Of a DNA stretch of 32,000 nt, positions 28,622 through 32,000 are shown piece after piece. This stretch comes from Vibrio vulnificus CMCP6 (GTDB lineage Bacteria; Pseudomonadota; Gammaproteobacteria; Enterobacterales; Vibrionaceae), in the NCBI RefSeq assembly GCF_000039765.1, contig NC_004459.3, positions 1,590,001 through 1,622,000 on the forward strand, in the 5' to 3' direction. The position numbers were made by a program, and so were the translations under genes. The notes under the pieces are model-generated. The model made no database searches. It had not been told where the DNA came from and saw only the letters and a program-made list of their open reading frames with translations. The stretch's first letter is position 1; every line of letters begins with the position of its first letter.

Positions 28622-30987
28622 CCCAAGAAAAAAAGTCGAACGACAGTAAGAAAACGACCACAAGAAAGCGCACCGCAAATCGTACTCCGAGAAAAACGAC
28701 CAAAAAACGCAGCGCAGTGAAAACAGCAAAACGTCAATGGTTGAAGACGCTTTGGTCTTTGAGTTGGAAAGCGGGGCTCGCGCTGGTGGCAGTGCTGATT
28801 TTTGTCGGTATTTATCTCGATAGCGTGGTCAAACAACGTTTTGAAGGTCAGCTATTTCAACTGCCGACGGTGGTGTATGCGCGTATTCAAACCTTGTATG
28901 CGGGAGAAAATGTTTCTCGCCCGGAGCTGCAAAAAGAGCTCGATATCCTCAACTATCGTAAGGTGAGCCAGCCGAGATATCCCGGTGAGTATTCCTCTTC
29001 GTCGAGTAAGATTGAGCTTATTCGTCGCCCTTTTGAATTTGTCGATGGGCCAGAGGCTGATCGCCATGTGATGTTGCATTTTGACGCCTCAAGCTTAACT
29101 CGAATTCAATCGTTGGAATCCAAAGGGGATCTCGGTTATTTGCGCCTTGAGCCGAAGATGCTGGGCATGCTGGAAAAAGATACTGACGAGCAGCGCTTGT
29201 TTTTACGCCGTGAGCAATTTCCCGAGATCATGGTTGATGCTCTGTTAGTCACGGAAGATCGCGATTTCTATCAACATGATGGGGTATCGCCATTAGCGAT
29301 TGCACGCGCGATGTTTGTTAATCTCAAAGCAGGCAGAACCGTGCAAGGGGGCAGCACCTTAACTCAGCAGTTGGCAAAAAACTTATTCCTTACCCAAGAC
29401 CGCACCTTGTGGCGAAAAGTCAGAGAAGCGTATATCGCGCTGAGCTTGGACTATCGCTACAGCAAAGATCGCATTCTTGAAGCCTACCTTAACGAAGTTT
29501 ATTTGGGGCAGAGCGGCAAGCAAGCAATCCATGGTTTTGGTTTGGCTTCTCGTTATTACTTTGGTCAACCGATCCAAGAGTTGCGTATTGATCAGTTGGC
29601 GATGCTGGTGGGGATGGTGAAAGGCCCGTCTTACTACAATCCAGTGCGCTTTCCTGAGCGCACCAAAGAGCGTCGTGACTTGGTGTTGCGTTTGATGATG
29701 CAGCAAAACATGCTCACCGCATCGGAGTACGATCAAGCCGCCAGTCGTCCTCTTGATATTCAAGATGTCCCACGTATTGCCAGCCGTCAGCCCGCTTATT
29801 TTCAGCAGTTGTCGATGGAGTTAAGGGCGAAAGTGGGCGAGGCTTTCCAAGGCGAAACGGGATTGCGCGTGTTTACTTCGCTTGATCCTATTTCACAAGA
29901 CAAATTGGAAAAAGCGATCAGCAAAAAAGTCCCTGAGTTGGGGAAAGTGGCAGGGAATGAGCTCGAAGCGGCGGCCGTTGCCGTGGATCGTACCAGTGGT
30001 GAAATTCGTGCCATGGTGGGGGGTAAACGCACGGGATACGATGGTTTTAACCGAGCGATCAACGCCAGCCGTCCGATAGGTTCTTTGGTGAAGCCAGCCG
30101 TGTATTTGACGGCGCTAGAACAGCCTGAAAAATACACCTTAGCCACCACGTTGCAAGATACGCCATTAAGTTTGAAAGGCAGTAAAGGCTCGGTATGGGA
30201 GCCTCGCAATTTTGATCGACAGTTCCGCGGCGATGTGCCTCTTTATCAGGCGCTGGCGAAATCACTCAATGTGCCCACGGTTCGCCTTGGCATGCAATTG
30301 GGGATTGATCAGGTATCCGATACGTTGGCGAGATTAGGGGTAAATCGCAACGAAATTCGCCCAGTCCCTTCGATGTTCCTTGGTGCATTCTCTCTCACAC
30401 CGTTGGAAGTGGCGCAGATGTACCAAACCTTGACCAATTCAGGACGAAAAGCGCCGCTCACTGCACTTCGTTCGGTGGTGGATTTGGAAGGACACGTTCT
30501 GTATCAGTCGTTGCCCAAATCCTCTCCTGCCGTGAATGAACAGGCAGCATGGCTAACCACGTATGCGATGAAACAAGGGGTAGCACAAGGCACAGGCCGT
30601 TATCTGCAAAACCAATTTGCGTGGGCTGCGCTCGCGGGCAAAACCGGCACCAGTAATGATAGCCGAGACAGTTGGTTTGTTGGGGTGGATGGCCGAGAAG
30701 TCACCACTATTTGGCTAGGTCGAGATGATAACCAGCCGACCAAGCTGACAGGCGCAAGTGGTGCGTTGCGAGTGTACGCTGAATACCTAAAACAGCGGAC
30801 GCCAGAGAAGCTGATTTTGCCTTGGCCAAAAGAGATCACCACCTTGGGGTATCAGCAAAAAAGCGACGGTGAACTCTCGCTCGACTGCTCTAGTCAATTC
30901 ACTCTGCCAGTGTGGGATAAACAAGGTGAATTAAAAGCACAGTGTGAAAAATCCTCTAACTGGTTGAATAAATTGCTCAGTTGGTAA
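28618..30987 (+). CDS. mrcB: Bifunctional penicillin-binding protein 1b (transglycosylase/transpeptidase)
   Basis: VTEDRDFYQHDGVSPLAIARAMFVNLKAGRTVQGGSTLTQQLAKNLFLTQDRTLWRKVREAY (GT51), transpeptidase motifs SIGSLVKP-type and AGKTGTSNDSRDSWFVG; 3' neighbour of hrpB. Confidence 0.96.
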   Translation: MTQEKKSNDSKKTTTRKRTANRTPRKTTKKRSAVKTAKRQWLKTLWSLSWKAGLALVAVLIFVGIYLDSVVKQRFEGQLFQLPTVVYARIQTLYAGENVSRPELQKELDILNYRKVSQPRYPGEYSSSSSKIELIRRPFEFVDGPEADRHVMLHFDASSLTRIQSLESKGDLGYLRLEPKMLGMLEKDTDEQRLFLRREQFPEIMVDALLVTEDRDFYQHDGVSPLAIARAMFVNLKAGRTVQGGSTLTQQLAKNLFLTQDRTLWRKVREAYIALSLDYRYSKDRILEAYLNEVYLGQSGKQAIHGFGLASRYYFGQPIQELRIDQLAMLVGMVKGPSYYNPVRFPERTKERRDLVLRLMMQQNMLTASEYDQAASRPLDIQDVPRIASRQPAYFQQLSMELRAKVGEAFQGETGLRVFTSLDPISQDKLEKAISKKVPELGKVAGNELEAAAVAVDRTSGEIRAMVGGKRTGYDGFNRAINASRPIGSLVKPAVYLTALEQPEKYTLATTLQDTPLSLKGSKGSVWEPRNFDRQFRGDVPLYQALAKSLNVPTVRLGMQLGIDQVSDTLARLGVNRNEIRPVPSMFLGAFSLTPLEVAQMYQTLTNSGRKAPLTALRSVVDLEGHVLYQSLPKSSPAVNEQAAWLTTYAMKQGVAQGTGRYLQNQFAWAALAGKTGTSNDSRDSWFVGVDGREVTTIWLGRDDNQPTKLTGASGALRVYAEYLKQRTPEKLILPWPKEITTLGYQQKSDGELSLDCSSQFTLPVWDKQGELKAQCEKSSNWLNKLLSW

Positions 30988-31054
30988 TTGTCCCCGTACC
31001 CAATTCGGTGTAAAACTGTTCAGGTTTCGTAAAACAATAAAGGAGAGCAATACC

Positions 31055-32000
31055 GTGTTCAAGGTCGACAAAGGATGGACAAATGGTTTGGCACTTTGGT
31101 CAACCTTGGCGTTTTTGGTATTGCTAACCCCTTTCTACAGTATAAAAAAAGCCGCTGCACAAGAGGCCGCTGTGGCAAAAGACGATGACAGGCCGAAAGT
31201 GGCGGTGGTTTTAGCGGGCGGTGGCGCTAAAGGCGCGGCGCACATTGGTGTGTTGAAAGCGTTGGAAGAGATGCAGATTCCGGTGGATTACATCACGGGC
31301 ACTAGTATGGGCGCGTATGTTGGCGGCTTATACGCTACTGGTATGAGTGCAGATGAGATTGAAAGCTTTATCTACAGCATCGATTGGAACAGTGGTTATC
31401 GTGATCGCGTCGATCGTAGCCAGCGTCGTGTGCGAGATAAAGAGGCGGAAGACCGCTATCAGCTAAGAACCGACATCGGCTTGCGTTTTGGTGAAGTGCA
31501 CGCACCACGTGGTTTTGTGCAAGGACAAAACATGTTACGCATTTTGCGTGAAACCACCGGTAACCTGAACGAATTTGACTCGTTTGATGATCTGGCGATC
31601 CCATATCGTTCTGTTGCGACGGACATCGTCGAGTTACAAGAAGTGGTGATTGATAAAGGCCAACTGGTGGATGCCATGATGGCCAGTATGTCCGTGCCTG
31701 GTGCGTTGCCCCCTTACGAGCTCAATGGGCGCATGTTGGTTGATGGCGGCGTTGTCAACAACATGCCGGTGGATATTGCCAGAGCCATGGGGGCGGATAT
31801 CGTTATTGCTGTCGACATCAGTACCGATTACAAGCAGAAAGAAGACTTTACCAGCATGCTGGTGGTCGCAGATCAGCTGTCTAACTATCTTGTGCGCCGC
31901 AGCACCCAACAACAAGCGGAAAGCTTAGGTGGGCAGGATGTGTACCTGAGACCTGATGTTGGTCAAATGGAAACCACCGAGTTTGTCAAGATGCCAGATG
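31055..32000 (+). CDS. Patatin-like phospholipase family protein, N-terminal part (truncated by window end)
   Basis: Manual translation from GTG at 31055, preceded by aaggag, gives VFKVDKGWTNGLALWSTLAFLVLLTPFYSIKKAAAQ... (signal or anchor), then VAVVLAGGGAKGAAHIGVLKALEEMQIPVDYITGTSMGAYVGGLYATG and MLVDGGVVNNMPVDIARAMGADIVIAVDIS. This includes the GxGxxG-type oxyanion loop, GTSMG nucleophile elbow and DGG dyad. The frame is absent from the ORF track because it runs off the edge. Confidence 0.9.
   Translation, partial: MFKVDKGWTNGLALWSTLAFLVLLTPFYSIKKAAAQEAAVAKDDDRPKVAVVLAGGGAKGAAHIGVLKALEEMQIPVDYITGTSMGAYVGGLYATGMSADEIESFIYSIDWNSGYRDRVDRSQRRVRDKEAEDRYQLRTDIGLRFGEVHAPRGFVQGQNMLRILRETTGNLNEFDSFDDLAIPYRSVATDIVELQEVVIDKGQLVDAMMASMSVPGALPPYELNGRMLVDGGVVNNMPVDIARAMGADIVIAVDISTDYKQKEDFTSMLVVADQLSNYLVRRSTQQQAESLGGQDVYLRPDVGQMETTEFVKMPD

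Overview
This window is conserved Vibrio core chromosome. The species is probably V. vulnificus, inferred from the SmcR sequence. No mobile element, CRISPR array, tRNA, rRNA or dedicated defence system is visible. On the - strand, 1-4.6 kb holds a type IV pilus operon pilA-pilB-pilC-pilD followed by coaE, then nadC. On the + strand come ampD, pdhR, aceE, aceF and lpdA. They are followed by the quorum-sensing master regulator smcR/luxR/hapR (-), hpt (+), beta-carbonic anhydrase (-), a SulP anion transporter (+), an ABC exporter pair (+), panC-panB, folK-pcnB, gluQ, dksA and sfsA (all -), hrpB and mrcB (+), and the start of a patatin-family protein (+) cut by the window end. The layout resembles the E. 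coli pilin/nadC-ampD-pdh-lpd-hpt-can-yadGH-panBC-folK-pcnB-gluQ-dksA-sfsA-hrpB-mrcB region, with smcR and sulP as apparent extra genes. I did not find a convincing undescribed system. The best second-look items are regulatory: two perfect PdhR-type operators before pdhR, a strong SmcR/LuxR box and a PurR-like box between smcR and hpt, a three-hairpin array between lpdA and smcR, a hairpin in the aceF-lpdA gap, and a palindrome in the pilA 5' region.
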